Source of the DNA: Nitrospiraceae bacterium UBA2600
GTDB lineage: Bacteria; Nitrospirota; Thermodesulfovibrionia; Thermodesulfovibrionales; Thermodesulfovibrionaceae
NCBI GenBank assembly: GCA_002339325.1
Contig: DDKK01000031.1
Location: forward strand, 22,632 to 86,631
Length of the DNA: 64,000 nt
Direction: 5' to 3'
Part shown: one piece after another, positions 9,396 to 19,852 of the stretch
How the letters are laid out: each line of letters begins with the position of its first letter
Numbering within the stretch: position 1 is the stretch's first letter
The notes under the pieces: generated by a model
The model's database searches: none
Told to the model about the DNA's origin: nothing
The model's input: the letters and a program-made list of their open reading frames with translations, nothing else
Translations under genes and position numbers: made by a program

Positions 9396-9935
9396 ATGAG
9401 CGAGGAGAGGTATAGGATAATGAGAGAGTACTCAAGAGTAGACGCAACAATTCCTTTAGGAATCACCGTAATAGGGGAAGATGAGAAGGATATGAGAAAG
9501 GCGAGAATAGCAGGTGACATGACCTTTGGAAATGTGCCTGCTGAAGAACCAACAGACCGAGCGCTGGCGGAATGGTTAAAAATAATAAACTCAAAGCTTG
9601 ACTATTTAATAAATCTCTGGAGTTTTCACCAAGAGGGTTTCTCATGTCTCCCCATTTATGAAGTTAACATAAGCGGTGGCGGAATGAGTTTCAATTCCGA
9701 TGTATGTTACGAAGAAGGGAAAGTTCTTGAGCTAAAAACTGTTCTTGAGAGTCCTTCTTCCATTGCTTTATACTTATACGGTGAAGTTGTAAAGTGTGAA
9801 AAGTTGAAAGATAAGGATAAATTCAGAGTGGCTTTAAAATTTATAAATATCGATGAAGACATCAGAGATCATATAATTAGATTTGTATTTCATAGACAGA
9901 GACAGATTCTCAGACAAAAGAGGGAGATAAAATGA
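9396..9935 (+). CDS. PilZ-domain c-di-GMP receptor
   Basis: REYSR (RxxxR) and NISGGG (D/NxSxxG) signatures. Confidence 0.85.
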   Translation: MSEERYRIMREYSRVDATIPLGITVIGEDEKDMRKARIAGDMTFGNVPAEEPTDRALAEWLKIINSKLDYLINLWSFHQEGFSCLPIYEVNISGGGMSFNSDVCYEEGKVLELKTVLESPSSIALYLYGEVVKCEKLKDKDKFRVALKFINIDEDIRDHIIRFVFHRQRQILRQKREIK

Positions 9936-10798
9936 CTGCAATAATAGGTTGTGTAGTGGTTCTTGGAGCCGTGGTCGGTGGATATATAATGGAGCACGGT
10001 AATCTCTCTGTATTATTTCAACCTGCCGAAGTAGTTATAATCTTTGGAGCAGCTATAGGAGCTCTAATAATTGCAGCTCCTCCCAATGTAGTTGTCGGTG
10101 TTGTCAAGGGTACATTATCGGTGCTCACAGGAGGTAAAAATTATTCCAAACAGGATTATCTCGACGTTCTTCTTTTACTTGCCGAACTATTTACAAAAAT
10201 AAGAAAAGAAGGGCTTATTTCAATTGAACAGGATGTTGAAGACCCTGAAAACAGCTCGATTTTCTCTAAATATCCTAAGTTCATGAAAAATCATCATGCC
10301 CTTCATTTATTGACCGATACATTAAGGACTGTCATGACAACAACTGTCTCACCATATGAACTCGAGAGCATTCTAGACAATGAGCTTGAAACTCTTCACG
10401 AGATGGAATCTGCTCCTGCTAAAAATCTATCAAATATGGCCGATAGTCTTCCTGGTCTCGGTATTGTTGCTGCAGTTTTAGGCGTTGTTTTAACAATGGG
10501 AAAAATGAAAGAGCCTCCAGAGGTTATTGGACATTCTGTAGGAGCAGCTTTAGTCGGAACATTCATGGGAGTTCTCCTTTGTTACGGATTCGTAGGACCA
10601 CTGGCAAGAAGAATGGAAGCTTCTATTAATCAGGAGAGAGAATATTTACAAACATTGAAATCCGCTTTAATCTCCTTTGTAGGTGGTGCTGCTCCGCAAA
10701 TAGCCGTTGAATTTGCAAGACGAAGCATTCCAGCCAATGTAAGACCCACTTTCCATGAACTTGAAGAAGAAATAAGGGCACTTAAGAGTGGCAGATAA
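9932..10798 (+). CDS. motA: Flagellar stator A subunit (E. coli-like long type)
   Basis: QPAEVVIIFGAAIGA, RKEGLISIE, LPGLGIVAAVLG, LVGTFMG, AVEFARR. Confidence 0.92.
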   Translation: MTAIIGCVVVLGAVVGGYIMEHGNLSVLFQPAEVVIIFGAAIGALIIAAPPNVVVGVVKGTLSVLTGGKNYSKQDYLDVLLLLAELFTKIRKEGLISIEQDVEDPENSSIFSKYPKFMKNHHALHLLTDTLRTVMTTTVSPYELESILDNELETLHEMESAPAKNLSNMADSLPGLGIVAAVLGVVLTMGKMKEPPEVIGHSVGAALVGTFMGVLLCYGFVGPLARRMEASINQEREYLQTLKSALISFVGGAAPQIAVEFARRSIPANVRPTFHELEEEIRALKSGR

Positions 10799-11591
10799 AC
10801 CAAAAACAACAATAATAGTAAAGAAAATCAAAAAAGGTCATGGTGAACATCATGGCGGAAGCTGGAAAGTTGCCTATGCTGACTTTGTCACGGCAATGAT
10901 GGCTTTTTTCTTGCTTCTATGGCTTCTTTCGATGCTTGACCCTGTAAAAAGAGCAGCTGTTGCCGACTACTTCAGATATTTCAATCTATTTCAATCGGGA
11001 AAATCCTTTCTTGAGCAGTCAACGACAATTCAGATGGAAGTAAAATCATCTGTTCAGGATATTACACCTACGGAGACAGCTTCTGAAAAATTCAAAGAAC
11101 AAATGAAAAAAATCATTGAAGAAAAACTAAAAGAATTAAAGGATCACATTATGATAGACACAGTAGAAGGCGGAGTAAGAATTCAGATTATAGACTTAGA
11201 AGGTGAGTCCATGTTTCCATCTGGCTCTGCAGAACCAACTAAAAAAGCAAAGGAGATTTTAAAAGTCGTAGCGGAAAACATAAAGGAAGAAAACGCAAAA
11301 GTTGCTGTTGAAGGACACACTGACTCAGTGCCTTATAAAAGAGGTAAAATAACAAACTGGGAACTTTCAACCGATAGAGCCTCATCAGCTCGAAGAGAGC
11401 TTGAACAAAACGGTGTAGACCCTCGTAAAATCGCAAGAGTTGTAGGTTACGCCGATACCATGCCCCTTATTCAAGATAATCCTCGAGACCCAAGAAACAG
11501 AAGAATCAGCATAATATTAATGTTTGAAAAGGAACAGCAAGCATCAAAAGTCAATATAATGCAGCAAAATCAAACTCAGACAATTAAATAG
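10788..11591 (+). CDS. motB: Flagellar stator B subunit
   Basis: HHGGSWKVAYADFVTAMMAFF, EGHTD, NWELSTDRA, NRRISI. Confidence 0.92.
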   Translation: MADKPKTTIIVKKIKKGHGEHHGGSWKVAYADFVTAMMAFFLLLWLLSMLDPVKRAAVADYFRYFNLFQSGKSFLEQSTTIQMEVKSSVQDITPTETASEKFKEQMKKIIEEKLKELKDHIMIDTVEGGVRIQIIDLEGESMFPSGSAEPTKKAKEILKVVAENIKEENAKVAVEGHTDSVPYKRGKITNWELSTDRASSARRELEQNGVDPRKIARVVGYADTMPLIQDNPRDPRNRRISIILMFEKEQQASKVNIMQQNQTQTIK

Positions 11592-11594
11592 TTG

Positions 11595-12086
11595 TCAATC
11601 AAGTTCTTTCTTAATTTTTTCAGATTTTTCAAGCACTTTATTGTACATCTCTTTTCTTTTTTGTTTAACTTTTTCTTTTACATCGGGATATTTCAAAGAC
11701 AATATCTGGCAGGCAAGCCAGCCTGCATTTTCCGCTCCATTTATAGCAACTGTTGCAACAGGTATGCCAGGTGGCATCTGAACTGTTGAAAGTAAAGAAT
11801 CAAAGCCATTTAGAGCTCCGCTTGCTACAGGAACTCCAATAACAGGTAAAGTTGTATGGGCAGCTATAAATCCTGCAAGATGTGCTGCCATACCAGCAGC
11901 GGCTATTATTACCTCAATACCTCTTGCCTCAGCCTCTTCTGCATATTTTTTTGCTCTATCTGGTGTTCTATGGGCTGAGCATACATCAAGCTCAAAAGGA
12001 ATGCCCATCTCTTTTAAAACTTTTGCAGCTTTTTTCATTGTATCAAAGTCGCTGTCACTTCCCATTAAAATCAAAACTTTTGCCAT
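11595..12086 (-). CDS. purE: N5-CAIR mutase
   Basis: MGSDSD, SAHRTP, AGMAAHL, PVIGVP, QMPPGIPVATV. Confidence 0.97.
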   Translation of the reverse strand: MAKVLILMGSDSDFDTMKKAAKVLKEMGIPFELDVCSAHRTPDRAKKYAEEAEARGIEVIIAAAGMAAHLAGFIAAHTTLPVIGVPVASGALNGFDSLLSTVQMPPGIPVATVAINGAENAGWLACQILSLKYPDVKEKVKQKRKEMYNKVLEKSEKIKKELD

Positions 12087-12943
12087 TAGTATCTTCCTCC
12101 TCTTACCATTGATTCTAATCTTTCAATTCTTTCTTCAATAGGCGGATGGGTGCTTAAAAGTTTCATAATTGTCTTTCCTGAAAGAGGATTTACAATGAAC
12201 AAATGGGCTGTTCCTGGATTTGCATCCATTGGTATTGCCTGAGAGGCATAGTGTAGCTTTTTCAGCGCATTAGCAAGATAGAGAGGATTTCCAGCTATTT
12301 CAGCACCTTCTTCATCAGCCGCATACTCTCTTGATCTGCTTATGGCAAGTTGAATAATCATAGCAATTATTGGAGCAATTATCATCATAAGAAGGGCAAC
12401 TATTGGATGTCCACCTTCGTCATCGTCATGTCTTCCAAAGATGTTTGCCCACATTGCCATCTGAGCGAGATATGATACGGCACCTGCGATTGTTGCAGCA
12501 ATAGTGCTTATTAGTATATCTCTATGTTTGATATGAGCAAGTTCATGTCCTATTACTCCTTCAAGCTCTTCCCTTGAAAGAATCCTCATTATACCCGTTG
12601 TTACCGCTACTACGCCGTGTTTAGGAGACCTACCTGTAGCAAAAGCATTAGGCTGTTCCGAATCAATGATATATACTTTTGGCATAGGTAGACCGGCTTT
12701 ATGGGCAAGTCTTCTTACTATTCCATATAGCTCCGGAGCTTCAGATTCTGTAACTTCTCTTGCTCCATACATGGAGAGAACAATCTTATGGCTAAAGAAA
12801 TAAGCAAAAAAATTCATCGCCAAAGCCATAAAGAGTGCAATGGTAGCCCCTTGCTTGCCACCTACTACAGAACCCACAAAAATGAAAAATACAGAAAGAA
12901 AAACCATTAAAACTATTGTCTTCAATGTGTGCATTTTACACAC
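12086..12943 (-). CDS. htpX: Membrane zinc metalloprotease HtpX
   Basis: [28 protein letters not shown]. Confidence 0.95.
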   Translation of the reverse strand: MCKMHTLKTIVLMVFLSVFFIFVGSVVGGKQGATIALFMALAMNFFAYFFSHKIVLSMYGAREVTESEAPELYGIVRRLAHKAGLPMPKVYIIDSEQPNAFATGRSPKHGVVAVTTGIMRILSREELEGVIGHELAHIKHRDILISTIAATIAGAVSYLAQMAMWANIFGRHDDDEGGHPIVALLMMIIAPIIAMIIQLAISRSREYAADEEGAEIAGNPLYLANALKKLHYASQAIPMDANPGTAHLFIVNPLSGKTIMKLLSTHPPIEERIERLESMVRGGRY

Positions 12944-13100
12944 CTCCTCTGCTCAGTTTTTATAAAAAATTCTTTAGAGGGTTAATAATATTAATTTACC
13001 ATTAAACGTGGAAATATATCAATTTTCAATAGCTCTTGAGAGATATAAAATTCAACGAAACCGAAGCTATCAAGTTGCAAGATATCGACTAAAAGTTTTA

Positions 13101-13121
13101 TTATTAACAATAATTTAATAA
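13101..13121. promoter_or_regulatory. Inverted repeat upstream of feoAB (possible metalloregulator operator)
   Basis: TTATTAA-N7-TTAATAA, 13 nt before the feoA start. Confidence 0.35.
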
Positions 13122-13134
13122 AATTGAGGATTAA

Positions 13135-13365
13135 ATGAAAACTCTAATTAATATAGAAAACGGTAAGAAAGTTAAGATATTAAAAATTTCTGGAGGAAAG
13201 GGAATTAGACAACATCTTCAATGTCTCGGCATCCATATTGGAGATGTGGTGACTCTAAAGAAAAGCTCTTTCTTGGGCGGTCCTGTTCTTCTGGAGATAA
13301 ATGGTTATGATATTGCATTAGGAAAGGGAATTGCCTCTAAAATAGAGGTTGAGGAAATAGAATGA
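13135..13365 (+). CDS. feoA: Ferrous iron transport protein A
   Basis: 76-aa ORF with LGIHIG, GGPVLLEING; upstream of feoB. Confidence 0.9.
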   Translation: MKTLINIENGKKVKILKISGGKGIRQHLQCLGIHIGDVVTLKKSSFLGGPVLLEINGYDIALGKGIASKIEVEEIE

Positions 13366-15275
13366 AGATTGCCTTTATAGGGCAGCCCAATGCTGGAAAA
13401 AGCACCATTTTTAATGGACTTGCAGGATACAAAACAGTAACAGCTAATTTCCCCGGACAAACTGTTCACTACACTGTAAGTAATGTAACAGTAGGCGAAG
13501 AGACCTTTGAAATTGTTGATCTACCCGGTATCTACTCTCTTACGGCAATAGATAAAGCAGAACTTGAATCAAGAAAATTCATCCTATCGGGCAAAGCAGA
13601 TGTAGTAATAAACGTTATTGATGCCTCCACTCTATCAAGAAGCTTAGAGTTAACGATTCAACTGGCAGAACTACAAGTTCCAATGGTTATCTGTCTAAAT
13701 ATGATTGATGAAGCCAAGAGAAAAGGCCTTGAGATAAATCTCAAAAAGCTCTCCGAAGTCTTTGACGTACCAGTTATTGAAACTATTGCTAATAAAGGAA
13801 TAGGTCTCAGTAAAATATTCACATCTGCAAAAGAGGCTTTTTATAAGAATAAAATTCCGAAAATTCAACATTTCCATAAAGACATAGAGGAAAAAATCGA
13901 AGAAATAGAAAAAATAATTCCCTCAAAGTTACTACCCAATATTCCAAGACGCTATATAGCGATAAAGTTGTTAGAAGGCGATGCCGAACTTTTTGAGGAC
14001 TTGAGAGATTACAAGGAGCTTATATTAAAAATTAATGAAATCCGGGACGAAATAAAAAGTTCTCACGGAAGACACGCTGATACAGTCATATCCTCTGAGA
14101 GACATGCTTTAACAATGAATATTTTTGAAGAGGTCACAAAGGTTGGTGAACCTATAAAATCGGCAAGAGAAAAATTAGATGACCTTCTTACAAACAGATT
14201 TCTCGGCTATCCCCTTCTCTTTTCTATTTTATTTGGAATATTTTTCCTGGTTTTTGAAGTGGGAAAACTTTTAGAAGAACCTCTCGTCCATATCTTTGAT
14301 TCACTAATCAAGAGATTACCCGAATATATTAGCGAAAATACTCTGACTTTCTATATTATTAAAGGCTTACTCGAAGGATTTGCTGGTGGACTTGGTGTTG
14401 CAATCCCTTATTTAATACCTTTTTTTATTGGTCTTACCATTCTTGAAGATGTTGGATATCTACCAAGAATGGCATTTTTAATGGATACTATAATGCACAG
14501 AATAGGGCTTCACGGAAAAAGTGTCCTTCCTTTCATAATATCTTATGGATGCAATGTTCCGGGAGTAATGGCTACGAGAATACTCGAATCTCCCAGGGAC
14601 AGATTTATAACAGCCGCTCTTTCTGTTTTTATCCCCTGTGCCGCAAGAACTACCGTTATATTTGGGCTTGTAGGAGCATTTATTGGCGGAATTGCTGCAG
14701 CAGGACTGTATATCCTCAATCTTTTAGTAATCATGACGATGGGAGCTATACTTACTCGCTTTATTCCAGAAATCACCCCTGGATTAATTATGGAAATTCC
14801 ACCTCTTCGAATTCCGACCCTAAAAAATGTTTTTATGAAAACATGGTTAAGATTAAAAGATTTTACAGTAGTTGCTTGGCCACTTCTTGTTTTAAGCAGT
14901 ATCATACTAAGTTTTCTTGAATTTCTAAATCTTGACAGTGTTCTAAATCAGATTTTTAAGCCATTAGTGAGCTGGATTTTAGGGCTTCCCGAACAAACGG
15001 GTATAACTCTCATTTTTGGAATATTAAGAAAAGAACTTTCAATGATAATGCTATTTCAAGCGCTGGATACGACTAATATAGGTCAACTAATGACAAAGAC
15101 TCAGATAATTGTTTTCACTATTTTTACGATATTTTATCTGCCCTGCATAGGAACTCTGGGCGTTCTAATAAGGGAAATAGGTATTAAAAAGGCCATGCTC
15201 GTTACCATTCTAACAATAACAGTTGCTGTATTTCTCTCTGTCCTTTCAAGGTTAATATTAGAGACAGTTTTTTGA
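13362..15275 (+). CDS. feoB: Ferrous iron transport protein B
   Basis: GQPNAGKS, NFPGQTV, DLPGIYS, LNMID, GYLPRMAF, GCNVPG. Confidence 0.96.
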   Translation: MKIAFIGQPNAGKSTIFNGLAGYKTVTANFPGQTVHYTVSNVTVGEETFEIVDLPGIYSLTAIDKAELESRKFILSGKADVVINVIDASTLSRSLELTIQLAELQVPMVICLNMIDEAKRKGLEINLKKLSEVFDVPVIETIANKGIGLSKIFTSAKEAFYKNKIPKIQHFHKDIEEKIEEIEKIIPSKLLPNIPRRYIAIKLLEGDAELFEDLRDYKELILKINEIRDEIKSSHGRHADTVISSERHALTMNIFEEVTKVGEPIKSAREKLDDLLTNRFLGYPLLFSILFGIFFLVFEVGKLLEEPLVHIFDSLIKRLPEYISENTLTFYIIKGLLEGFAGGLGVAIPYLIPFFIGLTILEDVGYLPRMAFLMDTIMHRIGLHGKSVLPFIISYGCNVPGVMATRILESPRDRFITAALSVFIPCAARTTVIFGLVGAFIGGIAAAGLYILNLLVIMTMGAILTRFIPEITPGLIMEIPPLRIPTLKNVFMKTWLRLKDFTVVAWPLLVLSSIILSFLEFLNLDSVLNQIFKPLVSWILGLPEQTGITLIFGILRKELSMIMLFQALDTTNIGQLMTKTQIIVFTIFTIFYLPCIGTLGVLIREIGIKKAMLVTILTITVAVFLSVLSRLILETVF

Positions 15276-15286
15276 TTAAAAGTTTT

Positions 15287-16021
15287 TTACGTAAATTCCG
15301 AAAGAAATCTCCTAAACCTTAAAGGCAACCTATTTCTCTGTCTTTCATAACTTAGCCTCTCCGGTATGGCAATATCCTTAAAGTATCGCTGCCAGAGATT
15401 TATGAAAGAATCGATTTCAGAGGAAATATCAACTTCAAAACCATCTGCCCAGAGGAGTCTCCTATACTTCCCCGAATTAGCGAACAGCAGCTTTCTCAGA
15501 GAATCAAAGATTATAATTTTCTCATTGGGCAGTCTTTTTACAAAATGTAACCACAACTTTGGAAGAACGTTAAATTTAGGCTCAAATTTTGCAAAAAGAA
15601 CTTTATCGGGAAGTTCGGTAAATCTTAAAAAACCTAACCATCGATGCTTCTCTCTTCTGAACATCCTCTCGGCATTATTTAGTTTGACAATATCCGAGTC
15701 CAGAGTATACCAGATTGAAGGATTTTCATAGCTTTGCCTTAAAACTCTTATTAAAGCATCCTCGATTTTTGCAGAATCACAGAGATAATAAAGATATATT
15801 TTTCTAAAAATCTCTTTAGGCAATTTCGAGCTTAAATACTTATAATATTTTTTTGCAGTCTCAATCTCTGTATATATCTGAAACGAGAAAAGGTCTAACT
15901 CTGAAGAGTGGAGTCTGCTGTTTTTTATAATTATTCCGTCGAAAGGAATTTGTTGATGAACATATCTGTAAAGAAGGGTCAAAAAGCCTTCTAAAGTGCC
16001 ATCATAATAGATTGTTTGCAT
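15287..16021 (-). CDS. TIGR03915/DUF4130-type putative DNA metabolism protein
   Basis: YDGTLEGFLT, EKHRWLGFLRF, FEPKFNVLP, HFVKRLPNE; adjacent to its usual radical SAM partner. Confidence 0.85.
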   Translation of the reverse strand: MQTIYYDGTLEGFLTLLYRYVHQQIPFDGIIIKNSRLHSSELDLFSFQIYTEIETAKKYYKYLSSKLPKEIFRKIYLYYLCDSAKIEDALIRVLRQSYENPSIWYTLDSDIVKLNNAERMFRREKHRWLGFLRFTELPDKVLFAKFEPKFNVLPKLWLHFVKRLPNEKIIIFDSLRKLLFANSGKYRRLLWADGFEVDISSEIDSFINLWQRYFKDIAIPERLSYERQRNRLPLRFRRFLSEFT

Positions 16022-16025
16022 GGTT

Positions 16026-17252
16026 TTAGTTGAAAAGAGAAAGATTTCTCTCCTCGAGATATCGAGATTCGGTTTTCGAAACTTTCACTATTGGCTTACC
16101 TTTTATAGTGAGGAAATACTTAGCTCTCTTTAGAGGTACACCCAATTTTTTCAAAAATTCTTCTGTTATCTCCCCATATTTCCTTGCCTTTATTATTTTT
16201 CTGGCTGAAATTGGCCCTATCCCAGGAATTCTTAGAAGCTCATAATAGTCCGCCTTTGTTATTTCGACTGGGAAAAAATCCAGATGTCTTAATGCCCATT
16301 GAAGTTTTGGGTCTGCAACAAGTGAGATATTGTCACCTTCCTCAAATATTTCATCAATAACAAATCCGTAAAATCTAAGCAACCAATCTGCTTGATAGAG
16401 TCTGTGTTCTCTCAAAAAAGGAGGTTCTTTTATGACAGGCAATTCCGAATCTTTGTTTACGGGAATATAAGCGGAATAATAGACTCTCCTTACCATTTTT
16501 TTCTTATAAAGACTGTCTGATAGGGAAAGAATGGTTTTATCAGTATCTGGTGTTGCTCCTATTATTAACTGCGTTGAAGCAGAAGCTTTCTGTTTTCTCT
16601 CATTGTGTAAATCCCTGATTAGCTGCAAAGGACTGTATAGTTCTTTAAAATTCTTATCTGGCGCAAGCATTCTGAGACTGTCTTCTGTTGGTAGTTCAAG
16701 ATTTGAACTAACTCTATCAGCCAGTTTATAAGCTTCTTCAACTAATTCCCCTGATGCTCCTGGAATGATTTTCAGATGAATATAACCATTGAAATAGTTT
16801 TTAAATCTCAATATCCGTAAAGCGTTAAGCATCAATTCCATAGTATAATCTGGGTTACGAACAATTCCCGAACTCAGAAATAATCCTTCAATATAGTTTC
16901 TTCTGTAAAATTCAACTGTCAAAGTTGCTATCTCTTGCGGAGATAAAATCGCTCTGGGCACATCATTTTTTATGCGGTTTATGCAGTATTTACAGTCATT
17001 TATGCAAATGTTAGTCATCAGAATTTTTAAAAGGGATACACATCGTCCATCGGAAGCCCAACTGTGACATATACCGCTTAAGTGAGAATTACCAAGACCA
17101 TAAGGATGGGTCTCTCTTTTTCCTCCAGAACTACTACAGGAGTTATCATATCTTGCAGACATAGAAAGAATAGAAAGTCTCTTCATGATATCATTATCTT
17201 TGAAGATAATATTAGGCTTACTTCGGCTGAAATCTTTTAGCGTGGGAAGCAT
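16026..17252 (-). CDS. TIGR03916-type putative DNA modification/repair radical SAM protein
   Basis: GICHSWASDGRCVSLLK, CINDCKYC, REHRLYQADWLLRFYGF, C-terminal HhH LLRIPGIG. Confidence 0.92.
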   Translation of the reverse strand: MLPTLKDFSRSKPNIIFKDNDIMKRLSILSMSARYDNSCSSSGGKRETHPYGLGNSHLSGICHSWASDGRCVSLLKILMTNICINDCKYCINRIKNDVPRAILSPQEIATLTVEFYRRNYIEGLFLSSGIVRNPDYTMELMLNALRILRFKNYFNGYIHLKIIPGASGELVEEAYKLADRVSSNLELPTEDSLRMLAPDKNFKELYSPLQLIRDLHNERKQKASASTQLIIGATPDTDKTILSLSDSLYKKKMVRRVYYSAYIPVNKDSELPVIKEPPFLREHRLYQADWLLRFYGFVIDEIFEEGDNISLVADPKLQWALRHLDFFPVEITKADYYELLRIPGIGPISARKIIKARKYGEITEEFLKKLGVPLKRAKYFLTIKGKPIVKVSKTESRYLEERNLSLFN

Positions 17253-17339
17253 AATAATTTATGATTAAAAATAATTTATCTCCTTGTCAAGGCATAACTT
17301 AGAAAAAAAAGCCGTTCAAATCTGTTAAAATTATAAATT

Positions 17340-18722
17340 ATGAGTTTGCTTGAAAAAGTTGAAAAAACCGTTAAAAAGTATAACATGATTTCACAAGGAG
17401 ATCATATACTGGTAGGACTTTCGGGAGGTCCTGACTCTGTGTGTCTCTTGAATGTTCTTAAAGAGCTTAGCTTAAAATTCAAATTAAAAATCTCTGCGGC
17501 ATACATAAATCATGGACTAAGACCAGACGAAATTCCAGGAGAAATTCAATTTTGCCAGAGACTCTGCGATGATTTAAATATTAACTTTCACACTAAAGAA
17601 ATAAATGTTAGAGCCCTTGCTGAAATTGAGAAAATAAATATCCAAGAAGCAGCAAGAATTCTAAGATATGAGGCTCTTGACCATATTAGCCTTAATATTA
17701 AAGCCCATAAAATTGCTGTTGCCCATAACGCCGATGACCAAGCAGAAACTGTAATAATGAGACTTCTCAGAGGAGCCGGACCCGCTGGCTTAGGCGGAAT
17801 ACCTCCTGTTAGAAAAAAATTAATTCGTCCTCTAATTGAAATCGAGAGAAGCGAAATCGAAGCCTTTTTAAGTGAAAGACAGATAACTTATCTGATTGAT
17901 TCTTCTAATAAAAATACAAAATATCTACGAAACAAGATTAGACAAAATTTAATGCCAGTAATTAAATCCATATCTCCATCAGCAACAAGAGCAATTGTAA
18001 GAACAGCAGAGATAATGCAGCAAGAGAATGACTTTATTAACACTTCTGTAACTAAAGCACTAATGAGACTTATGAGCAGAAAGACTGATGAGAGGGTGGA
18101 ACTTTTCTGTAATCCCATGGAAATATTAAATATCGTAATTCTAAGAAGGGCATTAAGAGTTGCCATAGACAGTGTTAAAGGCCTCAGAGGCATAGATTTC
18201 GACCATATTGAAGCCATAATTGAACTTATAAAGAGAGGCAAAGCCGGAGACAGAGTATACTTACCAAAAGGAATAAGAGCTATAAAAGGTTATTCTACTC
18301 TAATAATCACAGCAGAAAAACCAAAAAAACTTTCCACATACATGGTGAATGAGCCTAAAGATGTTTTCATCTCCGAAGCTTCTCTATTGATAAGCATAAA
18401 GGAATTCAAAAGAGACGAAATAAATTATTTTGGAGATGGAAAAAATACTGTAGTTGTAGATGCTGAAAAAATAAAATTCCCTCTTCTTATAAGGAGCAGA
18501 AAAGAAGGAGACTATTTTTATCCATTTGGATTTGGGAAAAGAAAAAAAATTCAGGATTTCTATGTGGACGAGAAAATTCCAAGAGAAGACAGAGATTTAA
18601 TCCCCATTATTGAAAGCAATGGAGAGATTATTCTTATCGCAGGATACAGACTTGACGACAGATTTAAAATTAGTGATAATACAAAAAGATGTTTACAGAT
18701 AAAAGTTATACCAAAATTGTAA
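17340..18722 (+). CDS. tilS: tRNA(Ile)-lysidine synthase
   Basis: GLSGGPDS, AARILRY, AHNADDQAET, IRPL, DSSN...RNKIR. Confidence 0.96.
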   Translation: MSLLEKVEKTVKKYNMISQGDHILVGLSGGPDSVCLLNVLKELSLKFKLKISAAYINHGLRPDEIPGEIQFCQRLCDDLNINFHTKEINVRALAEIEKINIQEAARILRYEALDHISLNIKAHKIAVAHNADDQAETVIMRLLRGAGPAGLGGIPPVRKKLIRPLIEIERSEIEAFLSERQITYLIDSSNKNTKYLRNKIRQNLMPVIKSISPSATRAIVRTAEIMQQENDFINTSVTKALMRLMSRKTDERVELFCNPMEILNIVILRRALRVAIDSVKGLRGIDFDHIEAIIELIKRGKAGDRVYLPKGIRAIKGYSTLIITAEKPKKLSTYMVNEPKDVFISEASLLISIKEFKRDEINYFGDGKNTVVVDAEKIKFPLLIRSRKEGDYFYPFGFGKRKKIQDFYVDEKIPREDRDLIPIIESNGEIILIAGYRLDDRFKISDNTKRCLQIKVIPKL

Positions 18723-19852
18723 TATTCCTTCTATCGATAGTCTCTCCCTTTTTAATAGCCTCGCCATCTTTCTGCGACAACACCAATTCAGCAGCCATGA
18801 AGCTGAAACTTGATGAAATAAACAGAGAATACTCAAGATATCTGATACCTTTACAAAAAGGTATTGCCATTCCAATAAATAAAAATCAGGCTCTTGTGCC
18901 TGCTTCTGCCATAGAAGACAATAAAAACATTATCCTTGCCTTAGATTCAAAATTAAATCTATCCATAGTAAAACTAAACAATGAACTTCCAGACCTAAAC
19001 TTCTACCTTCCCTCAAAAGAAGAGGAAGTATTCCTTTTACTTACAATATTTGAGCAACCGGTTGTAATCTTGGTTAAAGGAGTTCAGCAGACAAATAAAA
19101 TCAATATAGATGGAAAGTTTCCATTGGGTTCTCTGCTTTTGTCCTTTGACCTTAAACCCCTGGGCATCGTAACAAAAAGCGATACACTTTCGGAAGTTCT
19201 ATTGATATCGCAGGTTTATTCGGAGATAAAAAAGATGCTTAATAAAAAACCCGGCTGGCTGGGAATTCAAGCGCAAACAGTCAGTAAAGAATTAAGTAAA
19301 ATCCTCAATGTATCTGAGGGAGTTGTTATAACTAATATCTACGAAGGAGGTCCTGCTGACAAAGTGGGGATTAGTAGAGGTGATGTAATAACTGAAGCAG
19401 ATGGAATAATAATAAGGGAACTCAAAGACCTCAAGGACGTTATTTCTAACAAATTTTCAGGAGAAAAGATAGATTTAAAAGTTAATCAGGATGGAAGGCA
19501 GAAAAATATAACCGTAGTTCTTGAAGAACCTCCCGAGAAAACCTCAAACATGATTTCCTCTCAAAAGGAAAGTATCAGAGGCTTAATAGTGTCTGAAATC
19601 CCTGAATCCTTGAAAAAAAATCTTCCTAAATCTGTAACGGGAATATTCATAAAAAAGATTGAAGAGGACAGTCCAGCACTGGGCATTTTAAAGAATGGAG
19701 ATATTATAATGGAGATAAACAAAAAAGCCGTTACTAACGTTAAGGCTTTTGAGGATATAATAGCAAGTTTTGTAGGTAGAGACCTTCTTATTCTTGTTTA
19801 CAGACAGGACAATTTTCAATATGTAATAGTGCCTCAACAAAGAGTTCGTTAG
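18689..19852 (+). CDS. Exported protein with degenerate trypsin-like region and two PDZ domains (HtrA/DegP-like)
   Basis: N-terminal hydrophobic signal, GWLGIQAQ, GGPADKVGISRGDVI, second PDZ SPALGILKNGDII; no GNSGG. Confidence 0.7.
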   Translation: MFTDKSYTKIVIFLLSIVSPFLIASPSFCDNTNSAAMKLKLDEINREYSRYLIPLQKGIAIPINKNQALVPASAIEDNKNIILALDSKLNLSIVKLNNELPDLNFYLPSKEEEVFLLLTIFEQPVVILVKGVQQTNKINIDGKFPLGSLLLSFDLKPLGIVTKSDTLSEVLLISQVYSEIKKMLNKKPGWLGIQAQTVSKELSKILNVSEGVVITNIYEGGPADKVGISRGDVITEADGIIIRELKDLKDVISNKFSGEKIDLKVNQDGRQKNITVVLEEPPEKTSNMISSQKESIRGLIVSEIPESLKKNLPKSVTGIFIKKIEEDSPALGILKNGDIIMEINKKAVTNVKAFEDIIASFVGRDLLILVYRQDNFQYVIVPQQRVR

